Shown here: one piece after another, positions 15,662 to 25,823 of the stretch
Numbering within the stretch: position 1 is the first letter of the stretch
How the letters are laid out: each line of letters opens with the position of its first letter
Origin: a virus
Taxonomy: Duplodnaviria; Caudoviricetes
DNA: 38,871 nucleotides
Direction: 5' to 3' (one strand)
Virus record (IMG/VR): IMGVR_UViG_3300022670_000401
Coordinates: 1 to 38,871 of that record
Notes under the pieces: model-generated
What the model saw: the letters and a program-made list of their open reading frames with translations, nothing else
Told to the model about the DNA's origin: nothing
Databases searched by the model: none
Translations under genes and position numbers: made by a program

Positions 15662-16221
15662 TGGTCAGACGCTGCAAGTGTGGGTGCAAAACCGAACTAA
15701 TGTCAGCCGCTAAGTGCTCAGATTACTTTGAGAAAAAAGGCTATGTAAATGTTTCGCATATGGCACTGCATGGACTAGCTAAGTCGGCCAAGAAAAAGCA
15801 GCAGGACCAGAAGTCTAAAAACATATCTTTCAAAAAAGAGTTTCAAAAGTCAGACGTAAAAACAAGGAAGGCTGCAGCCAAAGAATGGTGTCATCGATAC
15901 ATAAGGATCAGGGACCAGGGAAGACCTTGTATATGTTGCGGTAGGCCTCTTGGTGAAAAGTATGACGCCGGCCATTTCCTTGAGTCTGGCAACAACTCAA
16001 TACTGCGATACCACGAAGACAATATTCATGCCCAATCCGTTTACTGCAACCAATACAAAGGCGGCAACAGTGACGACTATGAAGGCAGGCTTAGAATTAA
16101 AATAGGTGATGAAAGGGTTGATTATCTATTGGCAAATAAAGGCGGACCAATAAAACGAACCGCTGACGATTACAAAGAAATAGAAGATTATTACAGGGTT
16201 AAAATAAAGGAATTGGCGTGA
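15661..16221 (+). CDS. ninG: NinG/Rap family recombination endonuclease
   Basis: YIRIRDQGRPCICCG...YDAGHF...LRYHEDNIHAQ...CNQYKGGN...KIGDERVDYL. Confidence 0.92.
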   Translation: MVRRCKCGCKTELMSAAKCSDYFEKKGYVNVSHMALHGLAKSAKKKQQDQKSKNISFKKEFQKSDVKTRKAAAKEWCHRYIRIRDQGRPCICCGRPLGEKYDAGHFLESGNNSILRYHEDNIHAQSVYCNQYKGGNSDDYEGRLRIKIGDERVDYLLANKGGPIKRTADDYKEIEDYYRVKIKELA

Positions 16222-16322
16222 CTCCAGATCAGCAGTACGCGCAACGGCAAAGGCAGTTTAGGGAGTATTTGAGAATGGAGGTTAGGCGGGATGTGAAGAA
16301 GAAAACATTTAGGCAGAAGTTG

Positions 16323-16344
16323 AGCGGGCTAATTAAAGCCCGCT
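16323..16344. terminator. Hairpin between the convergent early and late units
   Basis: AGCGGGCT-AATTAA-AGCCCGCT; U-tracts are weak. Confidence 0.65.
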
Positions 16345-16349
16345 AGACT

Positions 16350-18230
16350 TTATACTGCAGTTAAGCCTACTTCAAAAACAACGCCTGACAACCTTATCCT
16401 TACTGATCCAGCGGCAGTTACGTAAAGAGCGCCTGATACGCCTGTAACTTCTTGAATTACTAAAACCCTTGGCACAAAATCGGTATACCTGTCACCGGTA
16501 TTTCCGAATGACTCCAGGCGGCTAAAGTCTTTCTCGGATACTTGCCCGTTTCTTGCACCCTGGGTATGAAATGCGCCCGCCGATTTTTCATAGTAATATG
16601 CGTCATCATCTGTTTCGGACACATATGATCGGCGGTACAGGTTCGCTGCGGTGTTTATTTTTCTTTGCTCTGTATCGGCCATAAGCCTCAAGCCAGTTGT
16701 TACGAAGTCATCTGCCGCAGGAGATGATAAGTTACAACCGCCCCACCTAACTTGATTTCTGGCTACAGTTGGGATTAGGTTAGTCGAAAGAATGGCTGGC
16801 GTCATATCTATCCAGTTAAAGCTAGCGTCCGGGTTGAATACTTTAGTTGGCCCCAGCACTAAGTTAATTACGGACGCGCTCAGGTATATGTCAGAATGCA
16901 GCTTAGCCGGATCGCCGCTATGAGCTGAAGACCTCGCACCAACTTTTATTATCTCATTGGTTCCATGAGTAATGTGTATATTTACGTCACAAGCCTCTTG
17001 ATGTAAATTTGATATATGAAGTCTACCTATATTTCCAACTCTAATCCCCTCTCCACGGTTTGCAGGAATGGCCTGTGGAGTCCCGCCCTGTATGGTTGAG
17101 GGATTTTCTATAAAAAGAGATTCAACGTCAATTAGGCCAATGGGGCCTGACGCGACATTTGTCTGGTCTATTTCCCAAACAGCCCTGGAGCCGACAACGC
17201 AGCCATTAATCCAAAGTAAACCGATTTTATAATCGTAATTATACTCGTTAGAAAGTCCAGGGCCGAAATTGTTTAGAATGAATATATTGTCTAATACGGT
17301 TCCTACAAATACGCCCCATAGAGCGATAGCCTCAGCCAGCACTGTCTGGTTATCGCGATTACCGTTTATTGTTATTCCTTCAATTACGAAGTAATGCGTA
17401 TCCACATCAAGGGTTGGAGTGAACCATTTAGGCGTAGCTAGGACTGGAGCATCCATATTGTCGGCTCGCTTAATAACTGTCCCTGACTGGTCGTCGATTG
17501 TAGAGCCGCCCCTTATGGCTACACCCCGTTTTAGGGGTATGGTGTCGGTTATTGTTAGCTCTCCTCCGTTAGTTGGCAGCCATAACGCGTCATATCTTGC
17601 GGCTTCAGCAGCATCATATGCCTTTATAATTGCTGAAATGTTATCCGCGAGGGATTTATCAACACCAAACCACTCCGCAAGAAACATATCTCCTAGCGGG
17701 CGTTTCCACCGCTTATCGCCAGGGGTGACAATTATGGTTCCGTCATTGTCTGCACTGGTAGTATCAGAAGCATCAAAGAAGAAATCGCCGCCGCCTATCC
17801 CTGGTGTTGTGTGGCCAAGTAGGCTTGCTTGTTGGCCATCTACCGTAGGCTCAAATAATCTCAATTTATCAAGATTGCCAATTGAGGAGACGCCACTAAC
17901 CTCGGTAAGTGGTACTCCATCATTTACATTGGATTGCTCAAGAGCAAGATTTCCACCGCTATCATTAACCCTAATTGCGTAATTGCCATCAACTAATAAG
18001 ACAATAGGGCTTCCATTGAATACAGGGTATCCGCCTGAGTTTGTTGATACCGGCTGAGGTATATTGACCTTTGTTCCGTCTTCCTGCTTTGCGGTGACCT
18101 GTTTTTGGTTGGCTACAATAGTTGGATCTAAATCGGGCTCGCCAACAAATATCTGCCCGTTGAATATAGGGCGACCCTGGTTTCTTGCGTTGAAGTAAGC
18201 GTATGGATTGCTTACGAAATTTTCAGCCAT
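16350..18230 (-). CDS. Tailspike: P22-type head-binding domain plus a beta-helix receptor-binding domain
   Basis: VSNPYAYF...NGQIFVGEPDLDPT...QPVSTNSGGYPVFNG; GGGDFFFD...DNDGTII; beta-helix-like repeats. Confidence 0.9.
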   Translation of the reverse strand: MAENFVSNPYAYFNARNQGRPIFNGQIFVGEPDLDPTIVANQKQVTAKQEDGTKVNIPQPVSTNSGGYPVFNGSPIVLLVDGNYAIRVNDSGGNLALEQSNVNDGVPLTEVSGVSSIGNLDKLRLFEPTVDGQQASLLGHTTPGIGGGDFFFDASDTTSADNDGTIIVTPGDKRWKRPLGDMFLAEWFGVDKSLADNISAIIKAYDAAEAARYDALWLPTNGGELTITDTIPLKRGVAIRGGSTIDDQSGTVIKRADNMDAPVLATPKWFTPTLDVDTHYFVIEGITINGNRDNQTVLAEAIALWGVFVGTVLDNIFILNNFGPGLSNEYNYDYKIGLLWINGCVVGSRAVWEIDQTNVASGPIGLIDVESLFIENPSTIQGGTPQAIPANRGEGIRVGNIGRLHISNLHQEACDVNIHITHGTNEIIKVGARSSAHSGDPAKLHSDIYLSASVINLVLGPTKVFNPDASFNWIDMTPAILSTNLIPTVARNQVRWGGCNLSSPAADDFVTTGLRLMADTEQRKINTAANLYRRSYVSETDDDAYYYEKSAGAFHTQGARNGQVSEKDFSRLESFGNTGDRYTDFVPRVLVIQEVTGVSGALYVTAAGSVRIRLSGVVFEVGLTAV

Positions 18231-18260
18231 GATTTCACCTTTTGATTTTGATTTATGGTG

Positions 18261-20294
18261 TTATTGTGTTTCTGGTGTATTTTCCTGGTCTATTGCGCCA
18301 AGCATTGAAGGAATCAATCGATTAAGAATATCTATTTCTTCTTTACTTCCCTTCGGTGTATTGGCTAATTTCAACAAGGCATTTCTTACAAATTTACTTT
18401 CATAACCTTTTGCAGCAGATGCCAAAGTTCCTGCAGTTAAGAATGTTGTCAGAGGTGCCTGAGTAGCTGCACCAGTTAAAGCAACGGGAACTAAGGCTTG
18501 GCCTGTGGCTGTTGCTACTGCCGCCTGCTGCGCCCTTCTTGTTGCATCGAGAAGCCTGGTCAATCCTTCTATCTGTTTTTTATCAGCGCCCTTAAAAAAT
18601 ACATTAATGGCCTTTTGTCTAGCTGGCTTTTGCATCGCGGTAACAAAACGATCAGGATTTACATTGCCTGAGAAGAATCCACTTTCGGTTAATGCATCAC
18701 GAATAATCGAGGCTTTTGCCGCCTTTCTTCCTTCTGGACCAATAAATCTTTCAAGTCTGTTGAGTTCGCTAGGTTTTCCACCCTTAAGTATAGAGCCAAC
18801 AACCTCAGGGGTTTCTGTTCCCTTCGTTAGCAGTCTTTTAAGTTCTGTTTCTTTTGCCTTTCTCAACGGATCAGCGAATAATTTATTGGATCTTAACCAT
18901 TTAGCGGCCGCCTGCCTGTCATTGTCTTTTGCGAATGACAATAGCGTGTTATCAAACGATTTTTTAACAGCTTGAAGTGGAGCGGCAGCCTTTGTTGGCA
19001 ATGCTTCCCCTTTATAGGCCGCATTTACATCATCAATTAGATTACTTCTTAGATTTTTTATGAAACTAAAATCAGTCCTATCTTTAGGGACTCTTGTTTG
19101 AGTTATCGGGTCTATAACCTGTTTTGTTGATAATGAATCTTTTAAGCTGTTTAGCTTTGAAACTATTGCGGAATCAGCTTCTCCTCTAAGACCTCTTTGG
19201 CGAGATAATTGTTTGTCGATAGCATCAATTATTTTCCTTGTTGGAACATCGCCAAAAGTATCTAAAGCATCAACCGCTTCATTTCTTATGGTGGCAGCCT
19301 TATTTAATCTTTCTGCAATGCCTTTTTCCAAGCTTTTAACAATACTGGCTTCAAGAGGCGAATCTAAGGCAATTCCAAATTCTTGCGCAACATTCTCAAC
19401 AACTTCCTGCCTGGCCTTTTGTTGAGTTGCTCGCTCACCGCCAGTTCCAAGCATTGGACCAAGTTTTTCACCGAGCTGTTGAAGTGATTTTCCTGCAAAA
19501 GTTTCAGGCGGAATAATGTCTGAAGTAAGAATTTTTAAGCCAGCCTCTTCTCCAGATTTAATAAGTTCTTTTGCTGCGGCAGGGATTTCCGTTGCCGCCG
19601 CTCTTCTTGCAGTACTGACCAAGGCCGGTATTGCCCCGCCAGCCAATGGTGCAACCACGCCGCCAATTAATTCACCTGGTACACCACCAACTTCTTTACC
19701 TACTGCAGCACCAGCGCCAGATAGCGCGCCCAATGCAACATCGGCGACAGGTCCAACCTTGCCTGTTTGCCTTAATATCCCCCTAAGCGCGCTTTCTGAA
19801 GCTTGGGCCAATGGAGACAATTGAGCCGCCCCTGTTCTTAATGCTTGGCCAAATCCAGCCGCCATACCGGCAACTTCACCAGCACCACCAAGTATTTCAC
19901 CAGGCAAACCCTCAACGAATTGGCCTTTTTCGGCACCAAGTTCACCAGTGAGTGTAGGTATGCGTTTTTCGCTTCCACTTAACTCGAGTATTGCGTTGAT
20001 GTTATCGGGGCCAAGGAAATCAAGCGCGCCCAATATCGACCGGTTAGCACCGGCCGCAAATTCGGCAAGACCCATGGCGCCAGGGATCTTACTCAATGCG
20101 TCATCAACATCTTGAGCAATAGCGCCCTGATCTTCAGTTTGCGCAGGTTCGGGATCCTGAATTGGTTCTTCTCGGCTGACTTCCTGATCGTCAAACTGGT
20201 CGAATAGATTGCCCGCTTGCTGTTCTGGCTTGTCTCTGGGCTCATCTATAGCCCTTTGTTCTGGCCGGTCAAATTGATCAAATACGTTAGCCAT
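18261..20294 (-). CDS. DNA ejection protein (P22 gp16 position)
   Basis: NVFDQFD/NLFDQFD repeats; Gly/Ala-rich hydrophobic helices; gene order. Confidence 0.8.
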   Translation of the reverse strand: MANVFDQFDRPEQRAIDEPRDKPEQQAGNLFDQFDDQEVSREEPIQDPEPAQTEDQGAIAQDVDDALSKIPGAMGLAEFAAGANRSILGALDFLGPDNINAILELSGSEKRIPTLTGELGAEKGQFVEGLPGEILGGAGEVAGMAAGFGQALRTGAAQLSPLAQASESALRGILRQTGKVGPVADVALGALSGAGAAVGKEVGGVPGELIGGVVAPLAGGAIPALVSTARRAAATEIPAAAKELIKSGEEAGLKILTSDIIPPETFAGKSLQQLGEKLGPMLGTGGERATQQKARQEVVENVAQEFGIALDSPLEASIVKSLEKGIAERLNKAATIRNEAVDALDTFGDVPTRKIIDAIDKQLSRQRGLRGEADSAIVSKLNSLKDSLSTKQVIDPITQTRVPKDRTDFSFIKNLRSNLIDDVNAAYKGEALPTKAAAPLQAVKKSFDNTLLSFAKDNDRQAAAKWLRSNKLFADPLRKAKETELKRLLTKGTETPEVVGSILKGGKPSELNRLERFIGPEGRKAAKASIIRDALTESGFFSGNVNPDRFVTAMQKPARQKAINVFFKGADKKQIEGLTRLLDATRRAQQAAVATATGQALVPVALTGAATQAPLTTFLTAGTLASAAKGYESKFVRNALLKLANTPKGSKEEIDILNRLIPSMLGAIDQENTPETQ

Positions 20295-21559
20295 TATGAA
20301 CCCTCTGGGATATAGCCATATTTATCTTTAAACTGTTCTGCCGCTTGAGGATTGGCACTCAAAAAATCTATGGCTGATTGGGGCGCCTGGTCTTGTCCGG
20401 TTTGATCCGCCTGCCTGCCTCTAGCACGATCTAGCTTCTTCTTCTTTATCCAGCCAACTTTTGTATTTCCCGGTGTTCCAAGATAAATAGCTGCAGACTC
20501 AAGGTAATCGGCAAGCTTCTCTTGCACTCCTTTCTTCTCAACCATCCACTCTCTAAGTTCTGGACCATCTAGCGCGGTTGGCAATGCTGTAGACATGGCC
20601 ATGGCAAGTTCGCCAGCAGACAATGCCCCAAACGTGGTGTTGCTAACCACATCTAGCCCTAGTCTATTTGCCAGGTTATCAAGTTTAATGCTTGCAGTTT
20701 TAAAGCTCGGAAACATCTTCTCGATTCGTCCTGACCCTGCACCCGCATCTATTAGCGCTATACCTTCATCATAAAGGGCTATTTTTTCATTAATGCTCTC
20801 GATCTTGTCGAAGGCTTTTATTGATGCTTTGGCAGCCTCAACTTGGCTAATTACGCCAGCATCAACTTCACCCTTAAGGTCTCTATCAGCCTCAAGAGTT
20901 GCAGTTCTCTTTTCGCCTGCCGCCTTACGTAGATTTGATACTTTTTCAGCTCTAGCGACCTTGATAGCGTCTGCTGCGGGCTGTCCTTTTAATCTTTCTC
21001 CGGTTGGGCCAAAAACGACTGGTCCTGCAGAAGTTGATTGAATTATTGTCCCGTCCTCAAGTATTTCTTGAGCCCCAACTTTTGCGGGCGCGCCAGCGAT
21101 ACCAAGCTTGCTAATAGCATTAATTTGCTCAGGTGTACCAGTTTGAGCCAATGTTATTTTGGCGATTCTTTGTTGCTCTTCTGGTGATTTTCCAATCAAA
21201 CTAAGGGTTCCGGATGGATCGCCGCCTTGTTGAGATGTGAAGGCCGCCCTATCTCTTAATGCTTCATCTGCATTTTCACCCTTTAGAATACGAAATGCTG
21301 TATCGGCTGCATTCTTTCTTGTCTGCTCACCTGAAAATTCAAAAGCACTCTCAATACCTTGAGCCATTTTGGGGTTTGCCACCATGAACTGAGACATTTC
21401 TTGTATGTCGCCTCGCAGAAACACACCTTGCGCCTGTTTCTGCAATTCCTGTTGCTTGGCCGTCTGTTCCTGCCGCAATTCGCTCTGACCATACGCCTGA
21501 GCAATTTGCCCCAACCCCTGGAGACTTGCAGGCTGAACAAAAAAAGGATTGTTAGGCAT
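20294..21559 (-). CDS. DNA ejection protein (P22 gp20 position)
   Basis: Helical, Q/A-rich; TFGALSAGEL; gene order. Confidence 0.75.
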   Translation of the reverse strand: MPNNPFFVQPASLQGLGQIAQAYGQSELRQEQTAKQQELQKQAQGVFLRGDIQEMSQFMVANPKMAQGIESAFEFSGEQTRKNAADTAFRILKGENADEALRDRAAFTSQQGGDPSGTLSLIGKSPEEQQRIAKITLAQTGTPEQINAISKLGIAGAPAKVGAQEILEDGTIIQSTSAGPVVFGPTGERLKGQPAADAIKVARAEKVSNLRKAAGEKRTATLEADRDLKGEVDAGVISQVEAAKASIKAFDKIESINEKIALYDEGIALIDAGAGSGRIEKMFPSFKTASIKLDNLANRLGLDVVSNTTFGALSAGELAMAMSTALPTALDGPELREWMVEKKGVQEKLADYLESAAIYLGTPGNTKVGWIKKKKLDRARGRQADQTGQDQAPQSAIDFLSANPQAAEQFKDKYGYIPEGS

Positions 21560-22400
21560 TTAATCTCTCCTCAATATCTGACTTCAGTATTCTCTTGTAA
21601 CCATCATCGCCTTCAATAACATAATCAGGCCAAACCTTTTCTACTTCCTGGGCCAAATAGCCACTATCAGAACCGGTCTTACCTGATTCCTGTTTCCAGT
21701 CCCAAGTGTATTTGTGGATATCTGGATGTGATGTGCCACCGGTTTTAACGATATTATCCTTTAGCCGGACGTCAGACATCAGATAAGCAGAGCCAATTTG
21801 GCCACCAAGTTTTAACATGTTTCCGAATCCTTGTTGCTGAGCCTGGGCGCCCGCTGTAATGCCTTGGGCCTGAGTTTGACCTATCTGGCCATACTGCTGG
21901 GCAATCTGAGGGGCTGCGCTTGGTAATTGTGCCAGATTCTGAATTCCGCCTAACTGCTGCTGATAAGCTTGATTCAATAGATTTTGTTCGTACCCGACAA
22001 TATCTGATGCCGTGCTTCCGCCTCTGAATCCGCCCTGGCCAGATCCCAGCCTGGCTGTAGCCTCCCGACCCGTTTCGAGCTGAGATTGGAAAAAAGGAGA
22101 CGCCTGGGCCCGATCTATAAGCTGCTGCTGAGATCCGAATTCCTCGAATCCAGGAAGCCCGGCAATACCGCCGAGCTGCTGCAGTCCTGCCTGCCTAAGA
22201 GCTTGAGGTATTTCCTCAGTTTCTTTTAGGTAATCAAGTCCTGCTTGTTGACCGGCTGCAGCTTTATTTGCAGCGTCTTTTGCAGCGTCTGCTGCAGTCT
22301 TACCTGACAAATCTTCATACAAGGATTCGCCAGCCTCAAAAAATCTAGCTCCGCCACCAAATATACTGCTGCTTCTAGTTGGGTCTAATTCTTTACACAT
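21552..22400 (-). CDS. Ejection protein (gp7-like) with a C-terminal peptidase S74 / intramolecular chaperone domain
   Basis: AADAAKDAANKAAAGQQAG, Q/G-rich body; SDVRLKDNI...GYLAQEVEKVWP. Confidence 0.8.
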   Translation of the reverse strand: MCKELDPTRSSSIFGGGARFFEAGESLYEDLSGKTAADAAKDAANKAAAGQQAGLDYLKETEEIPQALRQAGLQQLGGIAGLPGFEEFGSQQQLIDRAQASPFFQSQLETGREATARLGSGQGGFRGGSTASDIVGYEQNLLNQAYQQQLGGIQNLAQLPSAAPQIAQQYGQIGQTQAQGITAGAQAQQQGFGNMLKLGGQIGSAYLMSDVRLKDNIVKTGGTSHPDIHKYTWDWKQESGKTGSDSGYLAQEVEKVWPDYVIEGDDGYKRILKSDIEERLNA

Positions 22401-22815
22401 AATAAACCGCTCCTATTTTTTTAAGATCCAGTGACTCGGCCATCTTATTAAATTCCTTTTCATTCACGCCTGTTGTTTGACCAAATGAAATTTCAACTGA
22501 TCCCAATTCTTTCGCCCACTTTATAAACGATTTTACTGCAATCTTTGCCAATCCCTTACCTCTGGACCCTTTAAGGGTATATAGAAGCGTGTCAGAAGCG
22601 CATATATCATCACTAAACCAAGGAGTAAAAACATTTCCCATGAGAAGACACTCACCATCAAAATAAACAAAACCAGTATTAAGGCGATCTTTTATCATCT
22701 CTATGATCTTACTTTCATTTGTTGTGAACTTTGAGTAACCAGTCGTTTTATGCATATCCATAATGACAACATAAATATCCTGAACTAATTTTTGCTTTAA
22801 TTCTTGATTGTTCAT
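22393..22815 (-). CDS. GNAT-like acetyltransferase-fold virion assembly protein
   Basis: LLYTLKGSRGKGLA...FIKWAKELG. Confidence 0.75.
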   Translation of the reverse strand: MNNQELKQKLVQDIYVVIMDMHKTTGYSKFTTNESKIIEMIKDRLNTGFVYFDGECLLMGNVFTPWFSDDICASDTLLYTLKGSRGKGLAKIAVKSFIKWAKELGSVEISFGQTTGVNEKEFNKMAESLDLKKIGAVYYV

Positions 22816-23387
22816 TATGGCACCATTTGTTTAGCGTTTTTATTAGCCAATAAGAGGGCATTCAATTGGGATATTGCTGCGTTAACATCAATAACCAGTT
22901 GATTTAAATCGGCTTTTGTTTCGTTTGCAAGAGTTATGACAGTAGGCAAATCTGTTGCATCTGGGCTATCCACTGACACGGTAGAAGCAGTGGCATCAGC
23001 GACATTTACCGCTATAAAAACAACCCCTCCTACTGAAGCCTGTGCAAAATCACCGGTACCAACATTATTTCCCGTTACTCCATGCTGTGAATTGCTAGCG
23101 TTGTGAGTGTTAAAATTATCTGTTACCGATGTTATGTTTGTTGCATTGGTCGATATATTGGTTGTATTTGTTGAAATGTTCGTTGTGTTTGTGGATATAT
23201 TTCCCGTGTTGACACCTATCTGATCTGTCTGACTATCGCTAAGGCTGGCAATATCATTTATGTTGCTTTGCTTATTAAACAGATCCTGAATAAGAATTTC
23301 AGGGGCTTTTGGTAAAGCGTCCCTTAAAACCCTGTAACTAAGATTTAACGCCTGCCTAGCGACCGCTTGAACTTGTTCATTAGCCAT
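22815..23387 (-). CDS. Tail needle (P22 gp26-like)
   Basis: Heptad repeats NTTNIST; HGVTGNNVGTGDFA...GGV; gene order. Confidence 0.8.
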   Translation of the reverse strand: MANEQVQAVARQALNLSYRVLRDALPKAPEILIQDLFNKQSNINDIASLSDSQTDQIGVNTGNISTNTTNISTNTTNISTNATNITSVTDNFNTHNASNSQHGVTGNNVGTGDFAQASVGGVVFIAVNVADATASTVSVDSPDATDLPTVITLANETKADLNQLVIDVNAAISQLNALLLANKNAKQMVP

Positions 23388-24808
23388 TAGCTTGCCTCCA
23401 CATTTAGAAGGCCAAACGCCATTCTGTTTCGGCTTGCGCCCCTGAACTTAAACCCCATCCAGTGCCGAACGTAGCCAAAGCGCCTAATGTAGAAGCGCTG
23501 ATTGTATTGCCACTGATCGCCATACAGCCGGGTCCATTCCTGACCATGTGTTCTGCCGTCATCGGTACGACTTACAAATACCGTTGCATCCTCAATATCA
23601 TTAACAATGCCTGGAATTGTCTCTATTTCAAGTTGATCGATAGATAGCGTCTCAAGCTTCAGAAATGCGGTGAATAACAACCATTCCGCCACCTCGTCGT
23701 AATGTGTGGCCACTGACTCATCAAATATGCCAATGTTGGAGTTTCGCTTGTCACCGACGATCCACTTGCCGATGCGAGGATCACGAACAAAATTTCTTGC
23801 CCGGTAGGTTAAATCGCCGGTAACATCTGTTTTGATCTTCGACCAGGCGTTATCGACACCCTGGGACTCGGCAATAGTGGCATTGAATAGGTATGTATCA
23901 TTAGGGAAATGATAGAAAACCAGTTTGATCTTGTCCAGGGTAAGAGCGTCAACTGTAGTCGTTGATAACTCATCATCCGTATATTTTTTCAGAACCTGCT
24001 CAATTTCCCGGGAGGCTATCTTTTTAGCGCTGCCGGCTGAATATGTGTAACAGGATGGCGCAGTCTCTTCTCTTCGGCCAACGGTGTACCAAATGCCCTC
24101 AAGCTCACTCAATGATTTTGTGCCGGATACACCAAGCTTGCTGGCCTTACGATCCAGGGGTGTAAATGCGAATCCAGATTGAGCTCCATTGAATATAAAG
24201 TGTTCTGTGGAAAATTTGCAAAACGGAACAAGCTCATTATCTTCATTCTTCTTGAGCGCCAAAGTTCTGTCAGGTACAAACTCTGCCACTGCCTCATTGT
24301 TTGGCGGAAAGGATTCCTCATCCAGTATTTGCGAATGGTAAATCCTTTGGCCATCAGTTAAAACAACGAATTGGGCCACAAATACAACGCTTATTGGTTT
24401 GCCAACCAGGCCGCCATCAGTAATTTCTCTGAATCCGGCTGTAGGGTTGAAATAGAACAGCTGCTTATTGCCGACGACAATCACGTTGTTGAATGTGAAT
24501 GTGAAGACGCACTGCTCGGTACCTGGGATAGTTCCAAGAATGGTTTCTACGCCAAGACTGTCAACTGATATCATATTTGTACCAGATACCCGGTACTGAT
24601 CCTCAAACCCTTCTGCGCTGCACCAGATGCCGCCCCTGTCGATTCCTGACGCGGTTCCATGCAAGGTTAGCCCAGGCATTTGGTACATGTACCCGTTTGA
24701 CCCCAGGGTGTTTCTGAGAATTCCGTACATGTTGACGGGAATTTTGTCCCTATAATCAACCACATCAGGATCAAATCCATCACCCTTTATGAGCGTCACT
24801 GCTGGCAT
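23387..24808 (-). CDS. Tail hub / packaged-DNA stabilisation protein (P22 gp10-like)
   Basis: 473 aa; DYRDKIPVNM, PGL...DRGGIW and RRFGYVRHWMGFKFR. Confidence 0.92.
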   Translation of the reverse strand: MPAVTLIKGDGFDPDVVDYRDKIPVNMYGILRNTLGSNGYMYQMPGLTLHGTASGIDRGGIWCSAEGFEDQYRVSGTNMISVDSLGVETILGTIPGTEQCVFTFTFNNVIVVGNKQLFYFNPTAGFREITDGGLVGKPISVVFVAQFVVLTDGQRIYHSQILDEESFPPNNEAVAEFVPDRTLALKKNEDNELVPFCKFSTEHFIFNGAQSGFAFTPLDRKASKLGVSGTKSLSELEGIWYTVGRREETAPSCYTYSAGSAKKIASREIEQVLKKYTDDELSTTTVDALTLDKIKLVFYHFPNDTYLFNATIAESQGVDNAWSKIKTDVTGDLTYRARNFVRDPRIGKWIVGDKRNSNIGIFDESVATHYDEVAEWLLFTAFLKLETLSIDQLEIETIPGIVNDIEDATVFVSRTDDGRTHGQEWTRLYGDQWQYNQRFYIRRFGYVRHWMGFKFRGASRNRMAFGLLNVEAS

Positions 24809-24817
24809 TTATAACTC

Positions 24818-25378
24818 CTATAATGGCCGCTCAAGGCCGTGATTTTTATGGTAGCTGTATTTAATTTCAGCTTCTTTTCTTGCTTTAATGGCGTTAATTA
24901 AATCTTTAAAATAACCAATAAATATACTTTTTCCCATGGATCCTATCTCAACCTTCCATGAGTTGCTTCTTTTGCTCCAATGCACGCCCGTGCATCCAGA
25001 TGTGTTATTTGATTGAAACCTACAATTTTTTTGGTTTTCGTACTGATCAACATCCCTAAGGTTATAAATTCTATTATTTTCACCATTCCCATCAATATGA
25101 TCTACTTGATCTAAAGGCCATTTTCCGTATACCAGAAGCCATATAATTCTGTGCGATAGATATCTTTTATTTAACACGCTGATTCTATTATAAGTTTTCT
25201 CGCATTTAGTCCTTTTAAATGGTTGTCCGGCTATCTTTCCTGAAAATTTACCATTCCAAACATTCATTGCATGGTCTTTATTGAACCACTTCCTATCTCT
25301 TTTATTCCAGGTCAAAACCCCTGTTTCCGGATTGTAATCAAGGAGTTCTTTCAATAATTCTTGTGTAATCTCAGTCAT
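24818..25378 (-). CDS. HNH-AP2 homing endonuclease
   Basis: ELLDYNPETG, HRIIW, VDHIDGNGENNRIYNLR and NNTSGCTGV AP2 domain. Confidence 0.93.
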   Translation of the reverse strand: MTEITQELLKELLDYNPETGVLTWNKRDRKWFNKDHAMNVWNGKFSGKIAGQPFKRTKCEKTYNRISVLNKRYLSHRIIWLLVYGKWPLDQVDHIDGNGENNRIYNLRDVDQYENQKNCRFQSNNTSGCTGVHWSKRSNSWKVEIGSMGKSIFIGYFKDLINAIKARKEAEIKYSYHKNHGLERPL

Positions 25379-25409
25379 AACCGCGTCTCAGTTATTCGTC
25401 AATAGAATG

Positions 25410-25456
25410 GCAGAAGGCAGTGACGTGCTGCTTTTCGGGTTGCATTCCCTATCTGC
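25410..25456 (-). ncRNA. c4-antisense-like three-way-junction RNA upstream of the HNH gene
   Basis: GCAGA/UCUGC closing stem; GGG/CCC and GCAG/CUGC hairpins; loop CGUCA complementary to UGACG at 25397-25401. Confidence 0.5.
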
Positions 25457-25483
25457 GCAATTTAAAACATCCTACACAGACAT

Positions 25484-25526
25484 AAAAAAACCCATGATGA
25501 ATGTTTTAAATATTCTACCATGAGCT
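25484..25526 (-). terminator. Intrinsic terminator
   Basis: AGCUCAUGGU...AUCAUGGGUU stem followed by a U-tract. Confidence 0.6.
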
Positions 25527-25546
25527 TCATTTGATTACACTTTGAT

Positions 25547-25654
25547 CTAATAGCCCGGATTTTTCTTCTTTTTCATCGGATTCTTCTTAGCCGGCTTACG
25601 AGTCTTTTTATTGGTTTTGGCTCTTTCGCCGCGGCCAGGTAATTTATGTACCAT
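25547..25654 (-). CDS. 35-aa highly basic peptide
   Basis: MVHKLPGRGERAKTNKKTRKPAKKNPMKKKKNPGY after a GAGGG RBS. Confidence 0.55.
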   Translation of the reverse strand: MVHKLPGRGERAKTNKKTRKPAKKNPMKKKKNPGY

Positions 25655-25655
25655 T

Positions 25656-25823
25656 TTATTTCCCTCTATATCCTGAAGCGTAAGCCGCCTCACCTTGTTT
25701 GCCTGCCTTTTTACGGGCAGAATTTCGGCTAGAGGCATCTCCGGCCGTGTATCGGTATTTCTTACCTTCGCCGCCCCACTGCATGAACGAGCCTTTACTG
25801 TCTTTTCCTGAGCTTACCGGCAT
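25656..25823 (-). CDS. 55-aa basic protein (MPVSSGKDSKGSFMQWGGEGKKYRYTAG...QGEAAYASGYRGK), not in the ORF track
   Basis: Translated by hand; TAATG coupling to the upstream gene. Confidence 0.7.
   Translation of the reverse strand: MPVSSGKDSKGSFMQWGGEGKKYRYTAGDASSRNSARKKAGKQGEAAYASGYRGK

Noticed and set aside
23130-23215. 21-nt tandem repeats as a CRISPR or regulatory array
   Set aside because: They are degenerate codons for coiled-coil heptads (NTTNIST) of the tail needle
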